Positions 20,450 to 30,209 of a stretch of DNA of 64,000 bases are shown one piece after another. Position numbers and translations under genes: made by a program. Position 1 is the first letter of the stretch. Each line of letters starts with the position of its first letter. This DNA comes from Nannocystis bainbridge (GTDB taxonomy: Bacteria; Myxococcota_A; Polyangia; Nannocystales; Nannocystaceae): NCBI RefSeq assembly GCF_028368995.1, contig NZ_JAQNDL010000001.1:320001-384000 (forward strand), read 5' to 3'. The notes below the pieces were generated by a model, which was not told the origin of the DNA, did not search any database, and saw nothing but the letters and a program-made list of their open reading frames with translations.

Positions 20450-22075
20450 TCACTCGCCGAACACGCGCACCAGCGACATGTTCTCCGGGACATGCGCCTC
20501 GAGCCATGTCCGGACATGCACCCGGCTCGCCCGCCAGAACTCCGCCAGCGTCGTCCCGGCCGCCCCGTCGAGCCGCTGGATCAGCCCCACGAACCCGCGG
20601 ATCGCCGGCGCCAGGGTCGGCACGCGCAGCGGGTCCGAGCCGTGGCGCGGCGCGATCGCCCCGACGTCGAAGTTGCGCGTGCGGGCCAGCGCCGGCGCCA
20701 CCGGGTCGCGCGGCTCGATCAGCAGGTACAGGTCGCCCTGCCCCGGCGCCGCCGCCCGCTCGCGCAGATGCACGCACACGAACCCGAGCCGCTCGGGTCC
20801 GGCCTCCTCGAGCGCCACGCCCGGACCGGCAGCGCGGGCCGTCTGGCGCGCCGTCGCCTCGTCGCGCACCTCGTCCAGCGCCAGGTTCTGCACCAGCCCG
20901 CTCGTCAGCACCACGAACGCCTTCTGCGGCTTCAGCTCGGTGTCGCGGGTCAGCAAGATCCGCTTCGACTCCCAGAAGTAATCGTCGCGGTAGAGGTTCT
21001 GCTGGTAGTAGAAGCGGACCATCCGCAGCAGGTCGCCGAACATCTCGCGGTGGTGCGCCTGATACTTCGCGCGCGCCCCCGCCTCGTCGGCTCCGCCCTG
21101 CAGCAGCGCGATCGCCGTGCGCCCCGCGTGCCACGCCGAGTGCAGCGCCAGCAGCACCCCCGTCGAAAGCACCGGGTCGATGAACCCGGCCGCGTCGCCG
21201 ATCTGGATCCACCCGGGACCTGTCACTTCGGACATGCGGTAGCTCCAGTCGCGCTCGTGGCGGACCGGCGTCGCCCGCGTCGCCGCCGGCCCGAGCACCG
21301 GCGCCAGCTCGCCCGCCGCCGCCAGCAGCGCGTCGAAATCGCGGCGCGGCGCCCCGCGGGCCTCGCCGGCGTCGAGCTGCACCACCCCCACGCTCGCCTT
21401 GCCGCCGCCGATCGGGAAGAACCACCACCACTGATCGGCCTCGGCCAAAAACAGCGCCTGCTCGTGGCGCGGCGGCGGCACCCCGGCGCAGCCCGTGAAG
21501 TGGGCCCACATCGCCTGGTGCTTGAGCCCGCCGATCTCCTCGCGGCGATCCTTCGCCCGCCCGAGCAGCATCGACTGCCCGGTCGCGTCGATCACCAGCC
21601 GCGCCCGCGTCTCGTGCGTCGCGCCGGCCCGCTCCCACGTCACCCCGACCAGCCGCTCGCCCTCCCACACCAGCGAGCGCGCGGCCGCCCGGTCGAGCAC
21701 CACCGCCCCCGCGCGGGTCGCCGCCGCGAACAGGATCGCGTCGAAGCGCGAGCGCTCGACCAGCCACGCGTGTTCGTACGCGTCGCTGTCGTGGAACCAC
21801 AGGTCCCAGCGCGGCGTCTTGCCCCACCCCCACAGCGTGCTGCCGGTCTTGCGCCCGAAGCCCGCCGCCTCGACCTCGGCCAGCGCGTCGATCTCGGCCA
21901 GGATCGGGATGATCCCCGGCAGCAAGCTCTCGCCCACGTGTGCCCGCGGGTGCGTGCCCGCCTCGAGCAGCAGCACGCGCAGCCCCGCCTTCGCCATCAC
22001 CGCCGCCGCCGTGCTGCCCGCCGGCCCGCCGCCGATCACCAGCACGTCGACCGCGTCGAGCTCACCCGCCGTCAC
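20450..22075 (-). CDS. FAD-dependent halogenase-like oxidoreductase
   Basis: GGGPAGS, HVGESLLP, GFGRKTG, WWWFFP (cf. WxWxIP) and GDAAGFIDPVLSTGV. Confidence 0.8.
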   Translation of the reverse strand: MTAGELDAVDVLVIGGGPAGSTAAAVMAKAGLRVLLLEAGTHPRAHVGESLLPGIIPILAEIDALAEVEAAGFGRKTGSTLWGWGKTPRWDLWFHDSDAYEHAWLVERSRFDAILFAAATRAGAVVLDRAAARSLVWEGERLVGVTWERAGATHETRARLVIDATGQSMLLGRAKDRREEIGGLKHQAMWAHFTGCAGVPPPRHEQALFLAEADQWWWFFPIGGGKASVGVVQLDAGEARGAPRRDFDALLAAAGELAPVLGPAATRATPVRHERDWSYRMSEVTGPGWIQIGDAAGFIDPVLSTGVLLALHSAWHAGRTAIALLQGGADEAGARAKYQAHHREMFGDLLRMVRFYYQQNLYRDDYFWESKRILLTRDTELKPQKAFVVLTSGLVQNLALDEVRDEATARQTARAAGPGVALEEAGPERLGFVCVHLRERAAAPGQGDLYLLIEPRDPVAPALARTRNFDVGAIAPRHGSDPLRVPTLAPAIRGFVGLIQRLDGAAGTTLAEFWRASRVHVRTWLEAHVPENMSLVRVFGE

Positions 22076-22104
22076 GCGCACCTCGCCGGGACATCGCCAT
22101 GACA

Positions 22105-22219
22105 TGTGCATCGGGACATGTCCTCTCCGACATGTCATCGCCCGTGCGCAGACCCATCGGGCGTGTCCACCCTCGGATGTCCGCCAGGACATGCCCTTCG
22201 GAACATGTCCTCTCCGACA
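22105..22219. repeat. Two blocks of 14-bp units
   Basis: Two units at 22105-22132 and four at 22164-22219. Confidence 0.88.
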
Positions 22220-22249
22220 TCCCGTCGGCCGGCCCCGACACCTTCGCGC

Positions 22250-24076
22250 TCACGCTTCTCGCGCCCCGCGGTACAGGAAGAAGCAGATCGCCAGCACCAG
22301 CGCCAGCGTCGCCAGCTCGCCGAGCTCGCCGCCGAGCCACGGCTGCGCCTTCTTCGGCACCAGCCCCGCGACCACCAGGCCGGCCACCAGCACGCCCGCC
22401 AGGCCCTCGCCAGCGACCACGCCCGCGGCCGCCAGGATCCCGCCGCGGGCCTCGCCCTCCGCCGGTCGGCCGCGCTCCGACAGCGCGCGCACGCAGCCGC
22501 CGAGGAAGATCGGCAGCATCGAAGCGATCGGCAGGTACACCCCGATCGCGAACGCCAGGCCCGACACCCCGCACAGCATCGCCGCCCCGGAGATCCCCGC
22601 CCCCGTGGCGACCAGGCCCCACGGCAGCTCCCCGCTCAGCACGCCCTCGATGATCGTCTTCATCAGCGTCGCCTGCGGCGCCGCCAGCTCCTTGCCGCCG
22701 AAGCCGTAGCTCGACAGCAGCAGCACCGTCCCGGCCACCACCCAGCACGCGCACGCCGCCCCGATCAGCTGCCCCAGCTGCTGCCACGCCGGCGTCGCCC
22801 CGACCAGGTAGCCGGTCTTCAGGTCCTGCGAGATGTCGCCGGCCTTCGAGGTCGCCACCGCCACCACTGTCCCGACCGTCAGCACCGCCGCTCGCGCCCC
22901 GAGGTCGTCCCAGCCGAACGCCGCGAACACGGCCGCCGTGCCGAGCAGCGTCACCAGCGTGATCCCCGACGTCGGCTGCGACGACACCCCGACGATGCCG
23001 ACGATGCGGGCCGCCACCGCCACCGACAGCAGCCCGAACACCGCCACCCCGAGCGCGCACACCAGCCGGGCGACGAACCCGAGGTCGCCGGCGATGAGCC
23101 CCGGCACCAGCGCCACCGCGGCGATCACCACCGCGATGGCCGCGGCGATGAACCAGCCCGGCAGGTCGCGGTCGGTCGCCGCGACCGCGCCCTTCTCGCC
23201 TGTCTCTTTGCGCATGCCCCTGGCGACCGACACGAACGCGCCCGCCATCATCGGCATGTTGCGCAGCACCGTCAGGATCCCCGCCGTCGCCACCGCCCCC
23301 GCGCCGATGTAGCGGATGTACTGGCGCCAGATCTGCGACGCGTCCATCTGCGCGATCGTCAGCTCGCGCTCCGGGTACAGCGGCTCGGGCAGGCCGGCGC
23401 CGATCCACGCGATCAGCGGGATCAGGGCCAGCGACGACACCACCGCCCCTGCCACCACCACCGCCGCCTGGCGGTAGCCGAGGATGAAACCGACCGCCAG
23501 CAGCGCCGGCGCGAACTCCAGCGCCACCTCGGCCTTCGGCAGCAGCGGCACCGCCGCGCCCGCCTCGCTCGGCACCGCGAACAGCAATGCCACGAGCAGC
23601 TTCATGCCCGCGCCCACCGCCATGCCGCGGAAGATCCACGCGCTCCCGGTCGCGCTCGAAGTCGTCGCCCGCAGCACCTCCGCGCACGCGCGGCCCTCGG
23701 GGTACGGCAGCTCGCCGTGGCCGTCGACGATCAGCATGCGCCGCAGTGGGATCATCGCTGCCAGGCCGAGCACCCCGCCGAGCAGGGCCAGCAGCGCGAT
23801 CTGCCAGAACGGCGGCGCCAGGCCCCACAGGAACAGCGCCGGGATGGTGAAGATCGTGCCGGTCGCCAGCGACGTCGAAGCCGAGCCGATCGTCTGCGAC
23901 AGGTTGGCCTCGAGCAGGCTCGCCCGCCCGCGCAGCAGCGCCACCGTCATCACCGACGCCGGGATCGACGCCGACACCGTCATGCCGACCTTGAGCCCGA
24001 GGTAGGCGTTGGCCGCCCCGAACACCACGCCGAGCGCGATCCCGGTGACGACCGCACGGACCGTGAACTCGCGCAT
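22250..24076 (-). CDS. OPT/YSL family oligopeptide transporter
   Basis: NAYLGLKVGMTVSASIP, LPYPEG.ACA, QDLKTGYLVGATP..QQ and APQATLM. Confidence 0.94.
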   Translation of the reverse strand: MREFTVRAVVTGIALGVVFGAANAYLGLKVGMTVSASIPASVMTVALLRGRASLLEANLSQTIGSASTSLATGTIFTIPALFLWGLAPPFWQIALLALLGGVLGLAAMIPLRRMLIVDGHGELPYPEGRACAEVLRATTSSATGSAWIFRGMAVGAGMKLLVALLFAVPSEAGAAVPLLPKAEVALEFAPALLAVGFILGYRQAAVVVAGAVVSSLALIPLIAWIGAGLPEPLYPERELTIAQMDASQIWRQYIRYIGAGAVATAGILTVLRNMPMMAGAFVSVARGMRKETGEKGAVAATDRDLPGWFIAAAIAVVIAAVALVPGLIAGDLGFVARLVCALGVAVFGLLSVAVAARIVGIVGVSSQPTSGITLVTLLGTAAVFAAFGWDDLGARAAVLTVGTVVAVATSKAGDISQDLKTGYLVGATPAWQQLGQLIGAACACWVVAGTVLLLSSYGFGGKELAAPQATLMKTIIEGVLSGELPWGLVATGAGISGAAMLCGVSGLAFAIGVYLPIASMLPIFLGGCVRALSERGRPAEGEARGGILAAAGVVAGEGLAGVLVAGLVVAGLVPKKAQPWLGGELGELATLALVLAICFFLYRGAREA

Positions 24077-24309
24077 GGAGGGCTGTGGGCTCGGATCGGC
24101 AGTCACGGCGAGCCTCAGCAATACCAGACGTCCCGACACCGACGAAAGCGGCCCTCGCCTGGATCCGGGTGCCGCGGCCCCTGGTCGCCGGTGCTTCATG
24201 AAGCGGCGGACAGGCTCCTGCTCGGAGCCGCTGACGCTCTGCGAGCACGCCGAGCGCCGGGGCTCACGTCTGCGGCGACGGCGAGCCCGCAAACATCCGT
24301 CAGCCGGCC

Positions 24310-24981
24310 TCACAGCCCCGAGAAGAAGCTGCGTGGGTCCTCGCCGCGGCGGTCCCGGGCCCAGCGGAGCCGCTGGCGCCGCCACTGCGTCAGGTCGGTC
24401 CGCTGCGGCGCTCGCCAGTGGCCCTCGTGAGCCCGCTGCAGCAGCGGGGCGATCGCCAGCGGGTACTCGATCGGCGTCCGGCAGACCCACGCCATACCTG
24501 TCCCGAAGGCCAGACGCAGCTCCCACAGCGCCGCCGCCCGCCGCGACTCGCCGAGCCACGGCGCCGGCTCGTCGACCCGCACGCACAGCCCGCGCAGGCG
24601 GTCGCGCAGCAGCAGCGGCGCCCCCGGCCACACCTCGAAGATCCCCGCCTGCGTCGTCGCCAGCAGCCGGTACAGCGGCGTCGGCTCGAGCCCCGGCACC
24701 CGCCCCGTCGCCGCCCGCCACGCCCACGTGTCGCCGGGCGCCGCCCCCGGCGGCTCCGCGTCGCACAGCGCCCAGTCGACGCGCGCCGCCGACAGCGCCT
24801 CGTGGCCGCTGTCGAGCGACGTGTGCACCCCGATCTCGCGGTCCCACCGCTCGAGCAGCGGCGCCGCACGCCGGGCCCCGTCGCGCCCGCCGAACACCCG
24901 CTCGCCGAGCTCGTCGAGCGCCGCCGACAGCCGCGCCCGCCCCATGTCCTCGGGCACAGGCCCGCTCACCCCCGCCTCCAT
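24310..24981 (-). CDS. Hypothetical protein
   Basis: Co-directional ORF filling the gap between carA and the OPT gene, with protein-like composition (GIFEVW..LLLRDRL). Confidence 0.6.
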   Translation of the reverse strand: MEAGVSGPVPEDMGRARLSAALDELGERVFGGRDGARRAAPLLERWDREIGVHTSLDSGHEALSAARVDWALCDAEPPGAAPGDTWAWRAATGRVPGLEPTPLYRLLATTQAGIFEVWPGAPLLLRDRLRGLCVRVDEPAPWLGESRRAAALWELRLAFGTGMAWVCRTPIEYPLAIAPLLQRAHEGHWRAPQRTDLTQWRRQRLRWARDRRGEDPRSFFSGL

Positions 24982-25036
24982 GGCCTGTCCCTCGGGACAG
25001 ACTCATCCACGCGCCCGCCCGCGCTCACGCCACGCC

Positions 25037-25120
25037 TGCCCCTCGGGACATGTCCTTTTGAGCCTGTCCCTCGGGTCATGCCCATGCGAACATGTCCTCG
25101 CGGACCTGTCCGCACGGGCT
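25037..25120. repeat. Array of six 14-bp units
   Basis: tgcccctcgggaca tgtccttttgagcc tgtccctcgggtca tgcccatgcgaaca tgtcctcgcggacc tgtccgcacgggct, abutting the carA stop. Confidence 0.9.
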
Positions 25121-26310
25121 CACTGCGCGCGCTCGCGGCGGAGGCGACGGACCTGGGCGACGAAGTTCGCCAGCAGGTCGGTCGCGTCGTTGGGGCCCGG
25201 GCCCGCCTCCGGGTGGTACTGGACCGAGCCGATCGGGCGTCCGCGCACCCGCAGGCCGGCGCAGGTGCCGTCGAACAGGTTCAGGTGGGTCAGCGCCGCC
25301 CCGGCCCCGAGCGACTCGAGGTCGACCGCGAAGCCGTGGTTCTGCGACGTGATCGCCACCTTCTTGTCGTCCTCGTTGCGGACCGGGTGGTTGCCGCCGT
25401 GGTGGCCGAACTTCATCTTGAACGTGCGGCCGCCGAGCGCCAGCGCCAGCAGCTGATGGCCGAGGCACACCCCGAACACCGGCGGCAGCCCCTGCGCCGC
25501 CAGCAGCCCGCGCAGCTCGGCGATCACCGCCGTCGCCGCCGCCGGGTCGCCGGGCCCGTTGCTGAGCAGGATCCCGTCGGGCCGCAGCGCCAGCACCGCG
25601 GACGCCGAGGTATTCGCCGGCACCACCGTCACCCGCGCGCCCGCGTCGCGCAGGCGGCGGAGGATGCTGAGCTTGATCCCGTAGTCCCACACCACCACGT
25701 GCACGTCGGCCGCCGGCGCCGCGTGCTGCCAGCTCGGCTGGTCCCACGCGTACGTCTTCGTCGTCGTCACCCGGCCCGTCAGGTCCTGGCCCTCCATCGA
25801 CGGCGCCGAGCGGGCCAGCGCCAGCAACTTTTCGACGTCGTCGGTCTCGCTCGACAGCGCCGCCATCACCGCGCCGCGGTCGCGCAGGTGGCGGGTCAGC
25901 GCCCGCGTATCGACCTCGGCCAGCCCCGGCAGGCGCTTGCGCGCCAGGTAGCTGCCCAGGTCCTCCTGCGCGCGCCAGCTCGAGACCACCGGCGACAGCG
26001 CGCGCACGATCAGGCCGGCGCAGCCGTGCCCGCGCGACTCCTCGTCGTCCGCGTTGACGCCGGTGTTGCCGACCTCCGCCACCGTCAGGCACACCAACTG
26101 CCCGGTGTACGACGGGTCGGTGACGATCTCCTGGTAGCCCGTCATCGAAGTGTTGAACACCACCTCGCCGACCACGGTCGTCGCGGCGCCGAAGCCGAGC
26201 CCGCGGAACACCCGGCCGTCGGCCAGGACCAGCGCGCCCGGACGCGCGGCGGGCCCTCCGGCGGTGAGCGGGCGGGCGGCGAGGTCGGGACGGGCTGTCG
26301 CTTGGGTCAT
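25120..26310 (-). CDS. carA: Carbamoyl-phosphate synthase small subunit
   Basis: GEVVFNTSMTGYQE..TDPSY, SNGPGDP, GVCLGHQ, TSQNHGF and QYHPE. Confidence 0.97.
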   Translation of the reverse strand: MTQATARPDLAARPLTAGGPAARPGALVLADGRVFRGLGFGAATTVVGEVVFNTSMTGYQEIVTDPSYTGQLVCLTVAEVGNTGVNADDEESRGHGCAGLIVRALSPVVSSWRAQEDLGSYLARKRLPGLAEVDTRALTRHLRDRGAVMAALSSETDDVEKLLALARSAPSMEGQDLTGRVTTTKTYAWDQPSWQHAAPAADVHVVVWDYGIKLSILRRLRDAGARVTVVPANTSASAVLALRPDGILLSNGPGDPAAATAVIAELRGLLAAQGLPPVFGVCLGHQLLALALGGRTFKMKFGHHGGNHPVRNEDDKKVAITSQNHGFAVDLESLGAGAALTHLNLFDGTCAGLRVRGRPIGSVQYHPEAGPGPNDATDLLANFVAQVRRLRRERAQ

Positions 26311-26329
26311 GGTCCTCCAGACATGTTCT

Positions 26330-27334
26330 TCAGAGCAGCTCGACCCCGCAGGCGCGGGCCAGCACCGCCATGCGGACCGCCACGCCGAGGGTGACCTGGC
26401 GGAGGATCCGGCTGTGTGGGCCGTCGGCGACCGCGTCGGCGATCTCGACGCCGCGGTTGATCGGCCCCGGGTGCATCACGATCGCCCCGGGCGCGAGCAG
26501 GCCGAGGCGCGCGGGCGTCAGCCCCCAGGCCGCGTGATAGCTCGCCGCGTCCGGGATCGCCACGTCGGCGCCGAGGCGCTCGCGCTGGATCCGTAGCATC
26601 ACCGCCACGTCGGCCCCGCGCAGCGCCTCGTCGAGGCTCGGCGCCGCCGTCGCCCCCAGGCGCGCGGCCAGCTCGGGCGGCGCCAGGTCGCCGGGTCCCG
26701 CGACCACGCACTCGGCCCCGAGCGTGCGGAACAGCTGCAGGTCCGAGTGGGCCACCCGGCCGTGGCGGACATCGCCGCAGACCGCCACGCGCAGCCCGCT
26801 CATCGCCCCCTGGCTCGGCGCCCGGCCGAACGCCTCGAGGATCGTCAGCGCGTCGAGCAGCGCCTGCGTCGGGTGCTCGTTGACGCCGTCGCCGGCGTTG
26901 ACGACGCGGGCGCGCATGACCTCGGTCCACGCGCGCGGCACCCCGTCGCGGCGGTCGCGGACCACCACCGCGTCGAAGCCCATCGCGTCGAGGTTCTCCA
27001 GCGCGTCGCGCTCCGTCTCGCCCTTGCTGGCCGAGCTGGCGGCGTCTTGCACGAAGTGCACGACCTCGGCGCCGAGCCGGCGCGCCGCGACCTCGAAGCT
27101 GAGGCGGGTGCGCGTGCTCGGCTCGGAGAACACGCTCAAGATCTGGGCCCCGCGCAGGATCGGCAGCTCGCGCGCCCCGCCGCCCTCGGCCAGCGGCAGC
27201 ACGCGGGTGGCGGCGGCCAGCACGGCGCAGGCCTCGGCCGGCGACAGGTCGGCGATCTCGCACAGGTCGCGGCCGGGACGACGACCCCGCCGCGTTGCCG
27301 CGCCCCCGTCGCCGCTGTCGCCTGCGCGGTGCAT
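26330..27334 (-). CDS. pyrB: Aspartate carbamoyltransferase catalytic subunit
   Basis: EPSTRTRLSFE, SKGET, NAGDG..EHPTQALLD and MHPGPINRGVEI. Confidence 0.96.
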   Translation of the reverse strand: MHRAGDSGDGGAATRRGRRPGRDLCEIADLSPAEACAVLAAATRVLPLAEGGGARELPILRGAQILSVFSEPSTRTRLSFEVAARRLGAEVVHFVQDAASSASKGETERDALENLDAMGFDAVVVRDRRDGVPRAWTEVMRARVVNAGDGVNEHPTQALLDALTILEAFGRAPSQGAMSGLRVAVCGDVRHGRVAHSDLQLFRTLGAECVVAGPGDLAPPELAARLGATAAPSLDEALRGADVAVMLRIQRERLGADVAIPDAASYHAAWGLTPARLGLLAPGAIVMHPGPINRGVEIADAVADGPHSRILRQVTLGVAVRMAVLARACGVELL

Positions 27335-27466
27335 CGTTTCTACCTGGCGCGGAGGGATAGCGCCGGCCCGCGCTTCGCGTCAACCCGCGCCTCCCCTCGC
27401 GCCCGGACCGCGGCGGTGCCCTGGCTCACCTGCCTGTCACTCCTGGTACCCTGCGACCAGGGCCCC

Positions 27467-28285
27467 ATGGACCGCGAACCCTCCGTCACCAGCGCCGCCG
27501 TCCTCCTCATCGGCAACGAGCTCCTCAGCGGCAAGATCCGCGACCAGAACGGCCACGAGCTGGCGAAGATGATGCGCCGGCGAGGGATCCGCCTGGTCGA
27601 GATGTGCACCGTCGAGGACGACCTCGGCGCCATCGGCGAGGCCTTGCTGCGCCTGCTCGCCCGCGTGCCGCTGGTGTTCACCAGCGGCGGCGTCGGCCCC
27701 ACCCACGACGACGTGACGATGGAGGCGATCGCCCGCGCCATCGGTCGCCCGCTGCGACGCGACCCCGACATGGAGCGGACCCTGCGCGCCCACTTCGGCG
27801 AGCGCATCACCGACGCCGCGCTGAAGATGGCCGACCTGCCCGAGGGCACCGCCTTGACCGCCGCGCGCGGCTGGCCGGTGATGCGGATCGACCTGCCCCC
27901 CGGTGCGCAGGCGAGTGCGCGGCGGATCTACGTGTTGCCCGGCATCCCCGAGCTGTGCCGGGCCAAGATCGAAGCGCTCGAGAAGATCCCCGGCGAGCTG
28001 CCCGACGCTGGCGGTTGGGCGCTGGAGACCCTGCACACGGAGATGGACGAGTCCGACCTGGCGGCCAGCTTGAACCGGGTCGTGGCCGCCTATCCGGAGG
28101 TCGAGATCGGGTCCTATCCGCGCTGGCTCAGCGGTGACGACGGGCGGCTGCGCTGCGTCGTGCGCGTGACCTTTGAGGCCATCGGCGAGCACAGCGGGCG
28201 AGCGGGCGCCGCCCGGGACGCCCTCGCGGTGGCGCTCGGTGACGCGGCCGTCTTGGCGGTCCCGGCGGACGGCGCGCTGTTGTGA
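27467..28285 (+). CDS. CinA-like molybdopterin-binding domain protein
   Basis: IGNELLSGKIRDQN, TSGGVGPTHDDVT, LPGIP and IGSYP. Confidence 0.88.
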   Translation: MDREPSVTSAAVLLIGNELLSGKIRDQNGHELAKMMRRRGIRLVEMCTVEDDLGAIGEALLRLLARVPLVFTSGGVGPTHDDVTMEAIARAIGRPLRRDPDMERTLRAHFGERITDAALKMADLPEGTALTAARGWPVMRIDLPPGAQASARRIYVLPGIPELCRAKIEALEKIPGELPDAGGWALETLHTEMDESDLAASLNRVVAAYPEVEIGSYPRWLSGDDGRLRCVVRVTFEAIGEHSGRAGAARDALAVALGDAAVLAVPADGALL

Positions 28286-28324
28286 ACATCCCTCCGCCGA
28301 AAGTTCCGTGCTAGCTTCCGGGCC

Positions 28325-28843
28325 ATGCGCCGCAGCCTGACCGCGCTCTTCTTCACCAGCGCATTGCTGGCCGTCTCTGGGTGCAGCCAGCCCAAGAAGG
28401 ACATCCTGGCGCTCCCCGCGGCGTACGACCCGCAGGGCGCCGACCTCACCTTTAACAAGAAGAACCTGGAGAGCTTCAACACGATGAAGCCCCAGGAGCG
28501 GGCGGACTTCGTCAAGGCGCTGCAGGACAAGCCCGGCAGCTTCCGCGGCCAGGCGGTCACCGAGGCGGGCAACGGCCTCGCGGCCGGCGTCGAGGGCTCC
28601 GAGCACGGCCCGTGGGAGACCTTCGCCCACGTCACCGAGCCGGTGCTGTTCGAGATCACGATCGATTACCGCATCTTCTCGACCGAGGAGCTGGGCCGGC
28701 CGCTGGGTCGCAACCTCCCGATCTCCTTCACCGGTACGCTCGTCGACCTGCGTTACGACGCCGAGTCGAAGCCGCGCAAGCTGACCATCCAGGTCAAGGC
28801 CGACGCGATGGCGCTGATCACCGACAAGACCCCCGCGAGCTGA
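28325..28843 (+). CDS. Hypothetical lipoprotein
   Basis: Signal peptide with AVSGC lipobox; strong GC3 codon bias. Confidence 0.75.
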   Translation: MRRSLTALFFTSALLAVSGCSQPKKDILALPAAYDPQGADLTFNKKNLESFNTMKPQERADFVKALQDKPGSFRGQAVTEAGNGLAAGVEGSEHGPWETFAHVTEPVLFEITIDYRIFSTEELGRPLGRNLPISFTGTLVDLRYDAESKPRKLTIQVKADAMALITDKTPAS

Positions 28844-28853
28844 GCGAGCGCCC

Positions 28854-29828
28854 TTGTTAGACTCTGTCGGCTCACCCCTGACCTGGGTCGCGTTCCTCGT
28901 CGGCATCCTCGTCCTGCTGGCGATCGACCTCGGTCTCTTCAACCGCAAGCCGCGCCGCATCTCGATGCGCGAGGCGCTGATGTGGTCGTGCATCTGGGTG
29001 CTGCTCAGCCTGGCCTTCAACGGCTGGGTCTGGCACGCCTTCGGCGACGAGAAGGCGCTCGAGTTCCTCAGCGCCTACCTGATCGAGAAGGCGCTCTCGG
29101 TCGACAACATCTTCGTGTTCATCGTCCTGTTCCGCTACATGCGGGTCCAGCAGGAGTACATGCACCGGATCCTGTTCGCCGGGATCCTCGGCGCGCTGAT
29201 CCTGCGCGGCATCTTCATCCTCGCCGGCCTGGCGCTGATCGAGATGTTCACCTTCTCGCTGTACCTGTTCGGCGGCTTCCTGGTGTTCACCGGCCTGCGC
29301 CTGCTGTTCGTGCGCGAGGGCGGGGGCGACGGCGAAGAGGCCGGCCAGGACAACTTCGTCAAGCGCTGGGCCGAGAAGTTCTTCCGCGTCACCAAGGACT
29401 TCCAGGGCCCGCGCTTCTTCGTCACCAAGGACGGCAAGCGCTACGTGACGACCCTGTTCGTCACCCTGCTGATGGTCGAGACCGCCGACGTCGTGTTCGC
29501 GCTCGACTCGATCCCCGCCATCTTCGGCATCAGCACCGACCCGTTCATCGTCTTCACCAGCAACGTGTGCGCGGTGATGGGCCTGCGGGCCATGTTCTTC
29601 CTGCTGGAGAACGTGATCGACCGCTTCTGGCTGCTCAAGTACGGCCTCGGCCTGGTGCTCTCGTTCGTCGGCGTCAAGATGCTGCTCGGCGTCGGCTACG
29701 CCCCCTACGTCGAGCCGTTCCACATCCCGATCGGCATCTCGCTCGGCGTCGTCTCGGCCCTGATCGGCGGCACCATCGTCCTGAGCCTGCTGTTCCCGCC
29801 CAGCCACCCGCCCGAGGCGAAGTCGTAG
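28854..29828 (+). CDS. TerC/Alx family membrane protein
   Basis: EKALSVDNIFVF, DVVFALDSIPAI and FTSN..AVMGLRAM. Confidence 0.95.
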   Translation: MLDSVGSPLTWVAFLVGILVLLAIDLGLFNRKPRRISMREALMWSCIWVLLSLAFNGWVWHAFGDEKALEFLSAYLIEKALSVDNIFVFIVLFRYMRVQQEYMHRILFAGILGALILRGIFILAGLALIEMFTFSLYLFGGFLVFTGLRLLFVREGGGDGEEAGQDNFVKRWAEKFFRVTKDFQGPRFFVTKDGKRYVTTLFVTLLMVETADVVFALDSIPAIFGISTDPFIVFTSNVCAVMGLRAMFFLLENVIDRFWLLKYGLGLVLSFVGVKMLLGVGYAPYVEPFHIPIGISLGVVSALIGGTIVLSLLFPPSHPPEAKS

Positions 29829-29830
29829 CC

Positions 29831-29872
29831 TGACCGCGGGGACATGCGCGAAGGGACATGTCCCTTCGCGCA
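29831..29872. repeat. Array of three 14-bp units containing a long perfect palindrome
   Basis: tgaccgcggggaca tgcgcgaagggaca tgtcccttcgcgca; ACATGCGCGAAGGGACATGTCCCTTCGCGCATGT is self-complementary. Confidence 0.88.
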
Positions 29873-30209
29873 TGTGAATGCGGCGCGCCGACCCGGCTCC
29901 TCGTGCTGCCGACTCGCGGCGGTGGGTTCGCGCGGCCCCGGCCGCTGCGACGGAAATCGCTCAGAGCCCGCGACCCGCGCTGTCGCCCTCCGTCCTCGCG
30001 GCCCCTCACGCACCCTTGCGATCCCCGGGGCGCGGGAACGCAGGTTCAAGCCGCGGCAGACGACGCGACCCTCGCTGGCGACCTCTGCCCTCGCTACCCA
30101 CGAGTGATTCTGCCCTCGCGGCCGCCCGGACCCGCCGCGCTCACGCTCCTTCGCGGACCTGCGGCGCGGCGCCCCGGAACGGCCGCCCGCCCGCGGTGTC
30201 TCATCGGCC

